Source: an uncultured Gammaproteobacteria bacterium (GTDB lineage: Bacteria; Patescibacteriota; Patescibacteriia; UBA1558; GWA2-36-10). Taken from it: DNA of 64,000 nucleotides. Under the pieces are notes generated by a model, which saw nothing but the letters and a program-made list of their open reading frames with translations, was not told where the DNA came from and ran no database searches. The position numbers and the translations under genes were made by a program. How positions within the stretch are numbered: the first letter of the stretch is position 1; each line of letters opens with the position of its first letter. The stretch covers positions 128,833 through 192,832 of the forward strand of contig CAZWIT010000002.1 of the NCBI GenBank assembly GCA_964633905.1, read 5' to 3'. Below are positions 1 to 9,625 of the stretch, one piece after another.

Positions 1-324
1 ATTAATAAAAAAACTAAGACCAAAGCTCTACAAATGGTTTTTAGCGACAAAGTAGCAAGTGATAGATTTATTTTAGTTGATAAATATGATGATGCTGCCA
101 AAACTAAAACATTAGCTAAATCTCTAGCCACTTTACCAATCAAAAAACAATCTGTATTAATTATTACTGAGAATGCTCAAGATAAAATAGTATTGGCTGC
201 TAAGAATTTAAAGAAGATTAATACTATTTATTACGGTAGTTTGAATATTAGAGATTTATTAAAACACGAATATTTATTGGTTAGCCAAAATTTATTGGCC
301 AAAATAGTTCAGCATTATTCCTAA
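1..324 (+). CDS. rplD: 50S ribosomal protein L4 (C-terminal portion; 5' end lies upstream of the window)
   Basis: Open frame from base 1 with no stop. The tail ...LAAKNLKKINTIYYGSLNIRDLL is typical of the uL4 C-terminus. It sits immediately upstream of L23, as in the S10 operon. Confidence 0.8.
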   Translation: MNKKTKTKALQMVFSDKVASDRFILVDKYDDAAKTKTLAKSLATLPIKKQSVLIITENAQDKIVLAAKNLKKINTIYYGSLNIRDLLKHEYLLVSQNLLAKIVQHYS

Positions 325-331
325 AGCAATT

Positions 332-733
332 ATGAGTATTTTTTCAAAAAAAGAAACTGCTGCCAAAACAGCAACTACTAAAGTAAAAAAAGTAGCTAAG
401 GTTAAAGCAGTCGCTAAAGTAAATAAGGAAACTAGACTAAAAGCTAGCGATCGTCCTTATCGTATTTTAATTAAACCTTTGATTTCCGAAAAGGCTACTA
501 TGGTTAATGCTTTAAATAAATATGTATTTGCAGTTAGTATTAAAGCTAATAAAGTAGAAATTAAAAAAGCCATCGAAGAATTATATAATGTTGTGCCTGT
601 TAGTGTTAATATTTTGCGTAGCACTGGCAAGTATGTTCGTTCTAATCGTGGCTACGGAAAGCGTTCTGATTCAAAAAAAGCTATCGTTACCTTAAGAAAA
701 GGCGATAGTATTAAATTATACGAAGGTATTTAA
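332..733 (+). CDS. rplW: 50S ribosomal protein L23, with a Lys/Ala-rich N-terminal extension
   Basis: Conserved uL23 core (RPYRILIKPLISEKAT...KKAIEELY). Positioned between L4 and L2. Confidence 0.9.
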   Translation: MSIFSKKETAAKTATTKVKKVAKVKAVAKVNKETRLKASDRPYRILIKPLISEKATMVNALNKYVFAVSIKANKVEIKKAIEELYNVVPVSVNILRSTGKYVRSNRGYGKRSDSKKAIVTLRKGDSIKLYEGI

Positions 734-742
734 AGATTTATT

Positions 743-1579
743 ATGCCAATTAAAGTATACAATCCAATTACTCCTGCTCGTCGTAAGACTAGTGCTTTGA
801 TTAATCGAGATTTAGATAAGGTTAAGCCCTTAAAATCTTTGATGTTGTCTGATAAGCGTAGAGCTGGCCGTAATAACACTGGTAAAATTACAGTGCGTCA
901 CCAAGGTGGTGGTAGTCGTAAATTAATTAGAGTAGTTGATTTTATCCAGAGTCGCTATGATATTCCAGCCAAAGTAGCAGCTATTGAATATGATCCAAAT
1001 CGTAGCACTAATATTGCTCGTTTAGTTTACGCTGATGGTGTAAAATCTTATATCATTGCTCCAGAATCTTTGCGTAATGGCGATAGTGTTTTGTCTTCTC
1101 AGAAAAATATCGCTATTAAAATTGCTAATCGTTTACCTTTAAAGCATATTCCAACTGGTACTATTATTTATAATGTTGAGTTGGTGCCTGGCAAAGGTGG
1201 CAGACTCGCACGTTCAGCTGGTAGTAGTTTGACCTTAATGTCTTTATCTGACGGTAAAGCCCAGCTTAAAATGCCTAGCGGTGAAATTAGATTAGTGTCT
1301 GAAGATTGCAGTGCCAGCATTGGTGTGCCAAGCAATATTGATTGGCGCAATGTGCGTTGGGGTAAAGCTGGTCGTATGCGTCACCGCGGTATTCGTCCTA
1401 CTGTTCGTGGTAAAGTAATGAATCCAGTAGACCATCCTCATGGTGGTGGTGAAGGACATAACCCAATCGGTTTGAAACATCCTAAGACTTATACTGGTAA
1501 ACCAGCCTTAGGTGTCAAGACTAGAAAAGGTAATAAATATTCAAACAAGTTTATTGTTCAACGTCGCAAAAAGAAATAA
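743..1579 (+). CDS. rplB: 50S ribosomal protein L2
   Basis: 278 aa. Highly conserved uL2 motifs (GGGSRKLIRVVDF, HPHGGGEG). Confidence 0.97.
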   Translation: MPIKVYNPITPARRKTSALINRDLDKVKPLKSLMLSDKRRAGRNNTGKITVRHQGGGSRKLIRVVDFIQSRYDIPAKVAAIEYDPNRSTNIARLVYADGVKSYIIAPESLRNGDSVLSSQKNIAIKIANRLPLKHIPTGTIIYNVELVPGKGGRLARSAGSSLTLMSLSDGKAQLKMPSGEIRLVSEDCSASIGVPSNIDWRNVRWGKAGRMRHRGIRPTVRGKVMNPVDHPHGGGEGHNPIGLKHPKTYTGKPALGVKTRKGNKYSNKFIVQRRKKK

Positions 1580-1612
1580 TAAGATCAAAGACCATAAAGA
1601 ATAAGTAAATAT

Positions 1613-1906
1613 ATGTCAAGAAGTTTAAAAAAAGGCCCATTCACTGATCCACGCCTATTGAAAAAAATTATCAATCGGCGTCCAACTGAAGGCAAAATTA
1701 TCAAAACCTGGTCACGAGTTTCTGTGATTACTCCTGAGATGGTTGGTTTTACCTTTGGTGTTCATAATGGTAAGGATCATTTACCAGTCCATGTTGTAGA
1801 AAATATGGTAGGTCATCACTTAGGTGAATTTGCTCCAACCCGTAAATTTGTGGTCCATGGTGGTAAGATGGCAAAATCTCAAGCCAAAGAAGAAACAGCT
1901 AAATAA
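1613..1906 (+). CDS. rpsS: 30S ribosomal protein S19
   Basis: Canonical uS19 sequence (SLKKGPF...TWSR...[17 protein letters not shown]). Confidence 0.95.
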   Translation: MSRSLKKGPFTDPRLLKKIINRRPTEGKIIKTWSRVSVITPEMVGFTFGVHNGKDHLPVHVVENMVGHHLGEFAPTRKFVVHGGKMAKSQAKEETAK

Positions 1907-1915
1907 TTTTAGGAT

Positions 1916-2455
1916 ATGATAGAAATACAAGCAAAATTAAACAATGCAAAACTTGCGCCCAAAAAAGTGCGCTTGGTTGCGAATGCTATTCGTGGTTTAG
2001 CTGTTGTAAAAGCGCAAGAGCGTTTGGCAGTGATTTTCAAAAAATCATCTCCAGTGCTTATCAAACTTTTACGTTCAGCTATTGCCAATGCTAAAGATCG
2101 CTATGAAGTAAAAGAAGAAGATCTAATAGTAAAAAGCATTCAGGTTAACAAAGGCCGTGATTTAAAACGTTGGCGTCCAGCTGCTTTTGGTCGGGCTCAT
2201 CCTTTTAGTACACATTATTGTCACGTTACTTTGGTTTTAGGTCTAAAGCCGGGTGCTAGTGCCAAAGCTTTAGCTAAAGAAAAAGTTGCCGTTGAAACCG
2301 TAGATTTGACTAAAGTAGAAAATAAAGCAGCTGCCAAAGAAGCAGGTGTTGCTGATAAAGCTAAAGGTCTAAAAGAAACAATTGGCAAATTAAAGAAAAC
2401 TAAAGCTCAAAACATTGATAATAAAGCCAAGGGCGTTAGAGTAAAAAAAGGTTAA
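1916..2455 (+). CDS. rplV: 50S ribosomal protein L22, with a long Lys/Ala-rich C-terminal tail
   Basis: uL22 core followed by a ~65-aa K/A-rich extension. Operon position S19-L22-S3. Confidence 0.9.
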   Translation: MIEIQAKLNNAKLAPKKVRLVANAIRGLAVVKAQERLAVIFKKSSPVLIKLLRSAIANAKDRYEVKEEDLIVKSIQVNKGRDLKRWRPAAFGRAHPFSTHYCHVTLVLGLKPGASAKALAKEKVAVETVDLTKVENKAAAKEAGVADKAKGLKETIGKLKKTKAQNIDNKAKGVRVKKG

Positions 2456-2459
2456 TTAT

Positions 2460-3239
2460 ATGGGAAAGAAAGTAAATCCAAGAGTATTTCGTCTCGGTTT
2501 AAGCGAACGTTGGCGTTCACGCTGGTTTGCTGGTAAAGATTATGCCAAATTTTTACAGCAAGACATGTTGATTCGTAAATTTTTACAAGTCGAATTAAAA
2601 GATGCTGGCGTTGATCGTGTTGAAATAGAAAGAAATCGTGGCGAAATTATAATTAATATTATTGCTGCTAAACCAGGCGTAATTATTGGTAGAGGCGGTG
2701 CTGGTATTGAAGAATTAAAAGCCAAGGTTGTTCGTAAAATTTTAGGGAAAGGCATTAAATTACAAATTAATGTTACCGAAGTTCAATCTGCTAATTTGTC
2801 AGCTAATGTCATTGTTCAAAATATCAAAGAAGATATTGAGAAGCGTATGCCTTATCGTCGTACCATGAAGCAGAATATTGAAAAAGTCATGAAAGCTGGC
2901 GCTAAAGGTGTTCGTATTAAAGTAGCTGGTCGTTTAAATGGCGCTGAAATTGCTCGTTCAGAAAAATTATCAGAAGGTTCTATTCCTTTGCAGACCTTGC
3001 GCGCTAATATTGATTATAGTCGTGGCGTTGCTAATACCATCTATGGTGTAATCGGTATTAAAGTTTGGATTTATAAAGGTGAGTATTTTGATAAAACAGT
3101 TAAACCAAAAGAAGAAATCAAAGTTTCACAAAAAACTGTTAAATTGTTTAATAAAGACAAAGCTGTTTCTTTAGCATCTTTGACTAAAAATACTGGTGAA
3201 GCTGCCCATAAACCAGTTAAGAAAACCACTAAAAAATAG
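2460..3239 (+). CDS. rpsC: 30S ribosomal protein S3, with a C-terminal extension
   Basis: KH domain and uS3 core (GVIIGRGG, LQINVTEV). Confidence 0.95.
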   Translation: MGKKVNPRVFRLGLSERWRSRWFAGKDYAKFLQQDMLIRKFLQVELKDAGVDRVEIERNRGEIIINIIAAKPGVIIGRGGAGIEELKAKVVRKILGKGIKLQINVTEVQSANLSANVIVQNIKEDIEKRMPYRRTMKQNIEKVMKAGAKGVRIKVAGRLNGAEIARSEKLSEGSIPLQTLRANIDYSRGVANTIYGVIGIKVWIYKGEYFDKTVKPKEEIKVSQKTVKLFNKDKAVSLASLTKNTGEAAHKPVKKTTKK

Positions 3240-3261
3240 GATAAATTGATTTATTAATAAT

Positions 3262-3678
3262 ATGTTAGCACCCAAGAAATTAAAACATAGAAAATGGCAT
3301 CGTGGTGACCAGATAAAAGGTAAAGCAACCCGCAATAATACTTTAGCTTATGGCCAATTTGGCTTAAAAAGTTTAGAAGCTGGTTGGGTTTCCGCCCGTC
3401 AGATCGAATCAGCCCGTCGCGCTATTGTTGGTTATATTCAACGTGGCGGTGATGTTTTTATTCGTATTTTTCCAGACAAGCCAATTACTTTTAAAGGTAA
3501 TGAAATGCCTATGGGTAAAGGTAAGGGTGCTGTTGATCATTATGTAGCAGTTGTAAAACCTGGCACCGTTATGTTTGAAATGCGCGGTGTTGATGAAGCT
3601 AGTGCTCGTAGAGCTATTGATTTAGCCAGACATAAATTGTCAGTTAAAAGTAAATTTGTTAGTAAAGAGTTAAAATAA
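3262..3678 (+). CDS. rplP: 50S ribosomal protein L16
   Basis: uL16 motifs ([25 protein letters not shown]). Confidence 0.95.
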   Translation: MLAPKKLKHRKWHRGDQIKGKATRNNTLAYGQFGLKSLEAGWVSARQIESARRAIVGYIQRGGDVFIRIFPDKPITFKGNEMPMGKGKGAVDHYVAVVKPGTVMFEMRGVDEASARRAIDLARHKLSVKSKFVSKELK

Positions 3679-3682
3679 TTTT

Positions 3683-3922
3683 ATGGATTTTCAAGAGATT
3701 AAAAAACTGAACTCAAGCGATTTGCATAAGAATTTAAGCGAACTAAGACAGAAAGTGCGTGAATTACGTTTTAGTATTGCTAATAATCAGTTAAAAAATA
3801 TGCATCAATTTCGCCAAACAAAACTTACTATTGCTAGAATTTTAACTGTTTTAAAACAACAAGAAACAACAACAGCTAAAGCAGTTGATACTAAAAGTAG
3901 TCAGGAAGATCATAAAGAATAA
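3683..3922 (+). CDS. rpmC: 50S ribosomal protein L29
   Basis: Small coiled-coil protein between L16 and S17. The LRFSIANNQL motif is characteristic. Confidence 0.8.
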   Translation: MDFQEIKKLNSSDLHKNLSELRQKVRELRFSIANNQLKNMHQFRQTKLTIARILTVLKQQETTTAKAVDTKSSQEDHKE

Positions 3923-3935
3923 ATAATTTTTTTAT

Positions 3936-4208
3936 ATGAAATCTGTAAAGAAAAATGAGCAAGCTAAAGTTATTCATCGCCGTCGTTTGATTGGTGTTGT
4001 GTTTAGCGACAAGATGATTAATACCGTGGTAGTAAAAGTGATTACGGTAAAAATGCATCCTAAGTATAAAAAGCAATATCAACAAAGCCGTAAGTATAAA
4101 GCTCACGTTATTGATAAAACTTATAAAGTTGGTGATGAGGTTATTATTGAGGCTTGTCGGCCAATGTCCGCCGATAAACGTTGGCGCGTTGTGAGTAAAG
4201 TTAAATAA
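3936..4208 (+). CDS. rpsQ: 30S ribosomal protein S17
   Basis: uS17 OB-fold sequence ([13 protein letters not shown]...ITVKM). Operon position. Confidence 0.85.
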   Translation: MKSVKKNEQAKVIHRRRLIGVVFSDKMINTVVVKVITVKMHPKYKKQYQQSRKYKAHVIDKTYKVGDEVIIEACRPMSADKRWRVVSKVK

Positions 4209-4218
4209 ATTAAAATAT

Positions 4219-4590
4219 ATGATACAGCATCGTTCAATGTTACAAGTCGCGGATAATTCTGGAGCAAAATTGGTCCAGTGTATTCGAGTTTTAGGTGGTT
4301 ACCAAAAGCGTTATGCCCAAATCGGGGATATGATTAATGTTGTTGTAAAAGTAGCCCAACCTCATGCTCAAGTAAAAAAGAGTCAGGTATTACATGCCGT
4401 GATTGTTAGACAGCGTAAAGAAGTTCGTCGTAGCAGCGGTGTTTATATTCGTTTTGATGATAATGCGGTCGTAATTATTGATAAAAAATCCAAAGAGCCA
4501 GTCGGTAGTCGTATTTTTGGACCGGTGGCTAGAGAATTAAGAGCTAAAGGTTATAATAAGATTATATCCTTAGCCTCAGAAGTATTATAA
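4219..4590 (+). CDS. rplN: 50S ribosomal protein L14
   Basis: Conserved uL14 sequence ([17 protein letters not shown]...). Confidence 0.95.
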   Translation: MIQHRSMLQVADNSGAKLVQCIRVLGGYQKRYAQIGDMINVVVKVAQPHAQVKKSQVLHAVIVRQRKEVRRSSGVYIRFDDNAVVIIDKKSKEPVGSRIFGPVARELRAKGYNKIISLASEVL

Positions 4591-4591
4591 T

Positions 4592-4936
4592 ATGGCTACT
4601 AAAATTAAAGTTAACGATAAAGTTTTCATTATTGCCGGCAAAGAAAAAGGTAAAGTTGGCAAAGTGATTCAAGTTTTACCACAAGGTAACAAAATTGTGG
4701 TGGAGGGTGTTAATGTTATGTATAAACATTTACGCACTCAGAAAAAAGGCGATAAAGGCCAGAGAGTTCAATTTAATGGGCCATTAAATATTAGTAATGT
4801 GTTATTAAATTGTCCTAAATGTGGCAAAAATTCTAGAGTTGGTTTTCAAGTATCAAATTTGACTGGAGAAGATAAAAAGTCTGTTAAAAAAACCAAAGTT
4901 AGAATATGTAAAAAGTGCCAAGAAATTATTGATTAA
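4592..4936 (+). CDS. rplX: 50S ribosomal protein L24, with an unusual Cys4 (CPKC...CKKC) C-terminal module
   Basis: KOW motif (GKEKGKVGKV) and uL24 core. The C-terminal third carries CxxC-x24-CxxC where E. coli L24 has no cysteines. Confidence 0.85.
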   Translation: MATKIKVNDKVFIIAGKEKGKVGKVIQVLPQGNKIVVEGVNVMYKHLRTQKKGDKGQRVQFNGPLNISNVLLNCPKCGKNSRVGFQVSNLTGEDKKSVKKTKVRICKKCQEIID

Positions 4937-4972
4937 TATATTATTATAAAATAGTAAAATTGATTCACGGTT

Positions 4973-5524
4973 ATGAATAAATTACAAGAAAAATATCAAA
5001 CCAGTTTAAGACCAGAGCTCAAAAAAACTTTGGCTTTAGACAATATTATGTCCGTACCAAAAGTTTTAAAGGTAGTGGTCAATATTGGTATTGGTAAAGC
5101 TTCTCAAGACAAAAAGTATATTGATATCGGTGAAGCAATTTTGACTCGTATTACTGGTCAAAAACCAGTCTTAACTAAGGCCAAAAAGTCAATTTCTAAT
5201 TTTAAAATTAGAGAAGGCATGGTAATTGGTGCCAAAGTTACTTTGCGAGGCAAGATGATGTATGATTTTTTAGAAAAATTAATTAATAGTACTATTCCTC
5301 GTTTACGTGATTTTTATGGTTTAGAAACTAAAAAAGGTTTTGATGGCCAAGGAAATTATATTTTAGGCTTTAAAGAACATATTGTTTTTCCAGAAATTGG
5401 CATGGAGGATGTAGATCGTACCCATGGTCTAGAAATAGCGATTAACACTTCAGCTAAAAATAACGAAGAGGCATTAGCTTTGCTTACTGCCTTGGGATTT
5501 CCTTTTAAGAAAACTAAAAAATAA
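4973..5524 (+). CDS. rplE: 50S ribosomal protein L5
   Basis: Strong uL5 conservation (GMEDVDRTHGLEIAI, FPEIG). Confidence 0.95.
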   Translation: MNKLQEKYQTSLRPELKKTLALDNIMSVPKVLKVVVNIGIGKASQDKKYIDIGEAILTRITGQKPVLTKAKKSISNFKIREGMVIGAKVTLRGKMMYDFLEKLINSTIPRLRDFYGLETKKGFDGQGNYILGFKEHIVFPEIGMEDVDRTHGLEIAINTSAKNNEEALALLTALGFPFKKTKK

Positions 5525-5552
5525 GATCAAGTAAAAGATTAATTTAAATATT

Positions 5553-5738
5553 ATGGCAACTAAAGCAAGAATAGCAAAATCAAAGAAAAAGCCAAAATTC
5601 TCAACTAGAATTGTGAGACGTTGTTGGCGTTGTGGTCGTAACCGTTCCTATATTGGAGCTGTTAAGATGTGTCGTATTTGTTTTAGAGAATTAGCTGACA
5701 AAGGTGAATTACCTGGTGTTACTAAATCTAGCTGGTAA
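5553..5738 (+). CDS. rpsZ: 30S ribosomal protein S14 type Z (zinc-binding short form)
   Basis: 61 aa with CWRCGR...CRIC zinc-ribbon cysteines. Position between L5 and S8. Confidence 0.9.
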   Translation: MATKARIAKSKKKPKFSTRIVRRCWRCGRNRSYIGAVKMCRICFRELADKGELPGVTKSSW

Positions 5739-5784
5739 ATATAATTTAAATATAATTTTATATAAAAATAAGTAAAGTATAAAT

Positions 5785-6174
5785 ATGATAGATTCCATTG
5801 CCGACATGTTAACTAGAATTCGCAATGCTTCTGCGGTAAAAAAGGCAGAGGTAGTGATGCCTTGCTCAAAAATTAAGATGAGTATTGCTGAAATTTTAGT
5901 TAGAGAGAATTATATTGGGGGTGTCGAAAAAATAAAGGTGGGTAAATTTGATTTTATTCGCTTAAAGCTGAAATATACTGACCATGGTCCAGCAATTCGT
6001 CACATCAAAAATATTTCTACTCCTGGTCAGAGGATTTATGTGTCCACTAAAGATATACCACAAATCTTAAATGGTTATGGTACGGCTATTATCTCTACTT
6101 CTCGCGGCTTAATGACTGGCAAAGAAGCAGCTAAAAATAAAGCCGGTGGTGAATTAATGTTTGAAATTTGGTAA
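5785..6174 (+). CDS. rpsH: 30S ribosomal protein S8
   Basis: uS8 sequence (DSIADMLTRIRNA...). Confidence 0.95.
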   Translation: MIDSIADMLTRIRNASAVKKAEVVMPCSKIKMSIAEILVRENYIGGVEKIKVGKFDFIRLKLKYTDHGPAIRHIKNISTPGQRIYVSTKDIPQILNGYGTAIISTSRGLMTGKEAAKNKAGGELMFEIW

Positions 6175-6178
6175 TTAT

Positions 6179-6718
6179 ATGTCCAGAATAGGAAAAAAAA
6201 TAATTATAATTCCTGAAAAAGTTGAAGTTAAAATCAACGCTCAGGTAGTAGCAGTTAAAGGGCCAAAAGGTAACCTCGAGTTAACTTTGCCTAATGGTAT
6301 TAAGGTCGTTCAAGATGGTGGTAATTTACAATTGACTTTGGAATCCAAAGAAAAAGGAGCTGATGCTCTATGGGGTTTGTCCAGGGCGTTACTCCAAAAT
6401 GCTATTACTGGAGTTTCTCAGGGTTTTAGTAAAGTTTTAGAGATTAATGGTGTTGGTTTTAAAGCTGCTATGCAGGGTAAAAAATTAATGCTAAACGTAG
6501 GTTTTTCCCATCAGGTAGAGTATGAATCACCAGCAGGTATTACTATTAGTGTTGAAAAAAACCAAATAACTGTTAGTGGTATTGATCGTCAATTGGTTGG
6601 TCAAACAGCTGCAGAAATTAGAGCTATTAAAAAACCAGAACCTTACAAAGGTAAGGGCATTAAATATATAGATGAAACTATTCGTCGTAAAGCTGGTAAG
6701 GTAGTAAAATCGGCTTAA
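6179..6718 (+). CDS. rplF: 50S ribosomal protein L6
   Basis: uL6 sequence (SRIGKKII.IPEKVEV). The ORF-track start at 6161 overlaps the end of S8. The in-frame ATG at 6179 (MSRIGKK) is the likely start. Confidence 0.92.
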   Translation: MSRIGKKIIIIPEKVEVKINAQVVAVKGPKGNLELTLPNGIKVVQDGGNLQLTLESKEKGADALWGLSRALLQNAITGVSQGFSKVLEINGVGFKAAMQGKKLMLNVGFSHQVEYESPAGITISVEKNQITVSGIDRQLVGQTAAEIRAIKKPEPYKGKGIKYIDETIRRKAGKVVKSA

Positions 6719-6732
6719 AGATTTTAAAACAT

Positions 6733-7089
6733 ATGAAGGATTTAAATAAAGTAAAAGTACAAAAAATCGTCCGTCGACGCATTAGAACTAGGGCTAAAAT
6801 GCAAGGCACAGCACTCAAGCCTCGGGTTTCAGTTTTTCGTAGTTTAATGCATATTTATGCCCAAGCTATTAATGATGATGCTAAAACCACATTGGTAGCT
6901 GCTTCTGATAAAGAGCTTAAGGCATCAGCTAAAAAACAAGATTTAGCTGCTCAAGTCGGTGAGCTTTTGGGTAAAAAATTACAGGATAAAAAAATTAGCC
7001 AGGTAATCTTTGATCGTGGTGCTTATAAATATCACGGCAGAGTAAAAATGTTAGCCGAAGGCTTAAGAAAATCTGGTATTAAATTTTAA
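6733..7089 (+). CDS. rplR: 50S ribosomal protein L18
   Basis: uL18 core (PRVSVFRS...HIYAQ, FDRGAYKYHGRV). Confidence 0.9.
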   Translation: MKDLNKVKVQKIVRRRIRTRAKMQGTALKPRVSVFRSLMHIYAQAINDDAKTTLVAASDKELKASAKKQDLAAQVGELLGKKLQDKKISQVIFDRGAYKYHGRVKMLAEGLRKSGIKF

Positions 7090-7094
7090 ATATT

Positions 7095-7748
7095 ATGGAT
7101 AATATCAAGCAGCAAAATTTAAGCGTGGAAACTACTACTGATCAAAAGAGCGATCAGACAGCTAAACGTAAATATAGCGGTCGTCCTATGCCCAGCAGAG
7201 CTCGTCGTGAAAAAGTCAACGATGAATTTGAACAACGTATTATTGATTTGGCTAGAGTTACAAGGGTAATGGCTGGTGGTAAAAGAATGAAGTTCAGAGC
7301 CTGTTTAGTTTTGGGTGATAAAAATGGCCGCGTTGGTCTAGGTTTAGCCAAAGGCGCTGATGTTTCTCAAGCTATTTCCAAGTCAGCTACTATGGCTAGA
7401 AAACAAATTCAGATCGTTCCTATTTATAATGGTACTATTCCACACCAAGTGACAGTTAAGCTTAAATCAGCTAAAATAATGGTAAAGCCAGCCAAAAAAG
7501 GTAGTGGTATCAAAGCAGGTGGCGTGGTTCGTACCGTACTTGAACTAGCTGGTATCAAAGATGTTACTGCTAAAATTTTAGGAACCAATAATAAAGTAAA
7601 TAACGCTCGCGCTACTTTGCTTGCCTTGGCTTCCTTTATCCCAGCTTCAGTTGTAAAAACTACTGATAAAGATAAAAACAAGAATTCCGAAAGTAAAAAT
7701 AATTTTAATAGAGATTATAAACCAGCTCAAAATAAAGTAAGAAAATAA
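7095..7748 (+). CDS. rpsE: 30S ribosomal protein S5, with N- and C-terminal extensions
   Basis: uS5 dsRBD and C-domain (RVTRVMAGGKRMKFRA, GSGIKAGGVVR). L15 follows directly with no L30 gene in between. Confidence 0.93.
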   Translation: MDNIKQQNLSVETTTDQKSDQTAKRKYSGRPMPSRARREKVNDEFEQRIIDLARVTRVMAGGKRMKFRACLVLGDKNGRVGLGLAKGADVSQAISKSATMARKQIQIVPIYNGTIPHQVTVKLKSAKIMVKPAKKGSGIKAGGVVRTVLELAGIKDVTAKILGTNNKVNNARATLLALASFIPASVVKTTDKDKNKNSESKNNFNRDYKPAQNKVRK

Positions 7749-7752
7749 TTGT

Positions 7753-8238
7753 ATGCTAGCTTTACATAACTTAAAATCTTCTACTGGATCAACAAAACGT
7801 CGCAAGCGATTGGGACGTGGTAGCGGTAGTGGTCATGGTAATTATTCTACTCGTGGTATGAAGGGCCAACGAGCCAGATCTGGTGGTAAATCCGGTCTTG
7901 CTTTGCGTAGTGTCAGGAGCTATTTATTACGTATTCCAAAAAATCGTGGCTTTAGATCATTAGCTACTAAATTTGTTGTGGTTAATGTGGGTGTGTTAGA
8001 AGAAAATTTTAAAGCTGGCGAGACAGTTAATGTTAGAAGTTTACATAAATTAGGATTAGTAAATACTACTACTGCTGGTTTGAAAATTTTATCAAGTGGT
8101 GAGTTAAAAAAGAATTTATTAGTAGAAGCCAACGCCTTTTCTGAAGGGGCTAAGGCAAAAATAGAAGCAGCTGGTGGCAAAATTAAATTAGTCAAAAAGC
8201 AAAAAGCCGCCTCTGAAAAAATTGCTGATAAAAAATAA
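7753..8238 (+). CDS. rplO: 50S ribosomal protein L15
   Basis: Gly/Arg-rich N-terminus (KRLGRGSGSGHG..TRGMKGQ) typical of uL15. Confidence 0.9.
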   Translation: MLALHNLKSSTGSTKRRKRLGRGSGSGHGNYSTRGMKGQRARSGGKSGLALRSVRSYLLRIPKNRGFRSLATKFVVVNVGVLEENFKAGETVNVRSLHKLGLVNTTTAGLKILSSGELKKNLLVEANAFSEGAKAKIEAAGGKIKLVKKQKAASEKIADKK

Positions 8239-8240
8239 TT

Positions 8241-9518
8241 ATGCTTGCAAAATTAAAACAACTTCTTAAGGCTAAAGATGTTCGTAATAGTATCTTGTTT
8301 GTTTTAGGATTACTTGTTATTTATCGCATTGCCGCCCATGTGCCAATTCCTGGTATCGATGTCACTGCTCTTAAAGATTATTTACAAAATAATCAACTCT
8401 TAGGATTACTCAGTGTATTTTCTGGTGGTTCACTCCAGAATTTTTCAGTTATTATGTTAGGAGTCGGTCCTTATATTACTGCCTCCATTATCTTGCAGTT
8501 AATGGTAATGATAGTACCAAAGTTAGAAGCTTTGAGTAAAGAAGGTGAGTATGGTCAACAAAAAATTAGTCAATATACCAGAATATTGACAGTGCCTTTA
8601 TCTTTTATTCAGGCCTATTCTTATATTAAATTATTATCAAATCAATCGGGTGGTCAGCTACTTGCTGATATGACTATTTATCAATTACTAACCACTATTA
8701 TTATTATCACAGCTGGTACTATGTTTTTGGTATGGCTAGGTGAGCTTATTACTGAAAAACATGTTGGCAACGGTGTGTCTTTGATTATTTTTGCTGGCAT
8801 TGTGGCTGGTGTACCGGCTAGTATTCGTAATACTTTTGTATCTTTTGACAACACCATGGTTTTAAATTTATTAATTTTTATAGCCATTGGTTTGATTACC
8901 ATAGCAGCGGTTGTTTTAATGACCGAAGGTCAACGCAATATCCCAGTGTCTTATGCTCGTCATATGGCTGGCACACGTAGCGTCGGTGGTGTAAATACTC
9001 ATTTGCCATTGCGCGTAAATCAAGCTGGTGTTATTCCAATTATCTTTGCGGTGTCAGTTATTTTATTTCCTTCCATGGTAGCTCAATTTTTTGTTAATTC
9101 CCAAGTAGCTAGCCTTGCCAATTTTTCTCAGTGGATTTTAGACATTTTTAAGAATCAAACAATTTACGCTATTATTTATTTTATTTTAGTTTTCTTGTTT
9201 ACCTATTTTTATACTTCAGTTATTTTTAAACCTGTCCAGATCGCTGAAAATTTGCAAAAACAAGGTGGTTTTATTCCTGGCATTCGTCCTGGTAGACCAA
9301 CTTCTGATTATTTAAATTCAGTAATGAATAGGGTAATACTTGCTGGTGCAATATTTTTAGGCTTGATTGCCATTTTACCAATTGTAGTTAGTCCTTTGAC
9401 TGGCATTACTACCTTTGCTTTAGGTGGTACTAGTTTGCTCATCGTTGTTTCGGTGGTTATAGAAACCTTAAAACAAATAGATGCCCAGTTAGTAATGAGG
9501 GACTATGAAGGATTATAG
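8241..9518 (+). CDS. secY: Preprotein translocase subunit SecY
   Basis: 425-aa polytopic membrane protein with SecY signature regions. It follows L15 as in the spc operon. Confidence 0.97.
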   Translation: MLAKLKQLLKAKDVRNSILFVLGLLVIYRIAAHVPIPGIDVTALKDYLQNNQLLGLLSVFSGGSLQNFSVIMLGVGPYITASIILQLMVMIVPKLEALSKEGEYGQQKISQYTRILTVPLSFIQAYSYIKLLSNQSGGQLLADMTIYQLLTTIIIITAGTMFLVWLGELITEKHVGNGVSLIIFAGIVAGVPASIRNTFVSFDNTMVLNLLIFIAIGLITIAAVVLMTEGQRNIPVSYARHMAGTRSVGGVNTHLPLRVNQAGVIPIIFAVSVILFPSMVAQFFVNSQVASLANFSQWILDIFKNQTIYAIIYFILVFLFTYFYTSVIFKPVQIAENLQKQGGFIPGIRPGRPTSDYLNSVMNRVILAGAIFLGLIAILPIVVSPLTGITTFALGGTSLLIVVSVVIETLKQIDAQLVMRDYEGL

Positions 9519-9534
9519 ATTTTATAGTAAAAAT

Positions 9535-9572
9535 TAAGCCCATAACTCTAGGGCTTAATTTTTTGTTTTTGG
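9535..9572 (+). terminator. Rho-independent terminator after secY
   Basis: TTAAGCCC-ataactct-AGGGCTTAA stem-loop followed by TTTTTTGTTTTT. Confidence 0.8.
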
Positions 9573-9625
9573 CATTTCCGTAAATCACGAGTTTTTGTTA
9601 TAATTTTAAAGTAATTAATAAAAAC

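Noticed and set aside
1168-1480. Minus-strand ORFs (60-62 aa) inside rplB
   Set aside because: Antisense to a highly conserved ribosomal gene, low-complexity translations, no start context. Spurious.
2540-2755. Minus-strand 71-aa ORF inside rpsC
   Set aside because: Antisense overlap with a conserved r-protein gene. No coding signature.
3891-4106. Minus-strand 71-aa ORF spanning rpmC/rpsQ
   Set aside because: Overlaps two conserved genes in antisense. Hydrophobic, low-complexity translation.
6161-6178. ORF-track start of L6 overlapping S8 (and similar extended starts at 22334, 54224, 57883, 59212)
   Set aside because: The extensions add unconserved residues or overlap upstream genes. The downstream in-frame ATGs restore canonical N-termini (MSRIGKK, signal peptide MFKKLF, MKKILKKWW, MKYSHSF, MEDRNQ). 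Two of these adjusted starts (54278 and 59230) sit at proper distance from mapped promoters.
7154-8195. Several minus-strand ORFs (65-91 aa) within rpsE and rplO
   Set aside because: Antisense to ribosomal protein genes. Artefacts of the Ala/Gly/Lys-rich codon composition.
8681-8902. Minus-strand ORF inside secY
   Set aside because: Antisense to a conserved membrane protein gene.
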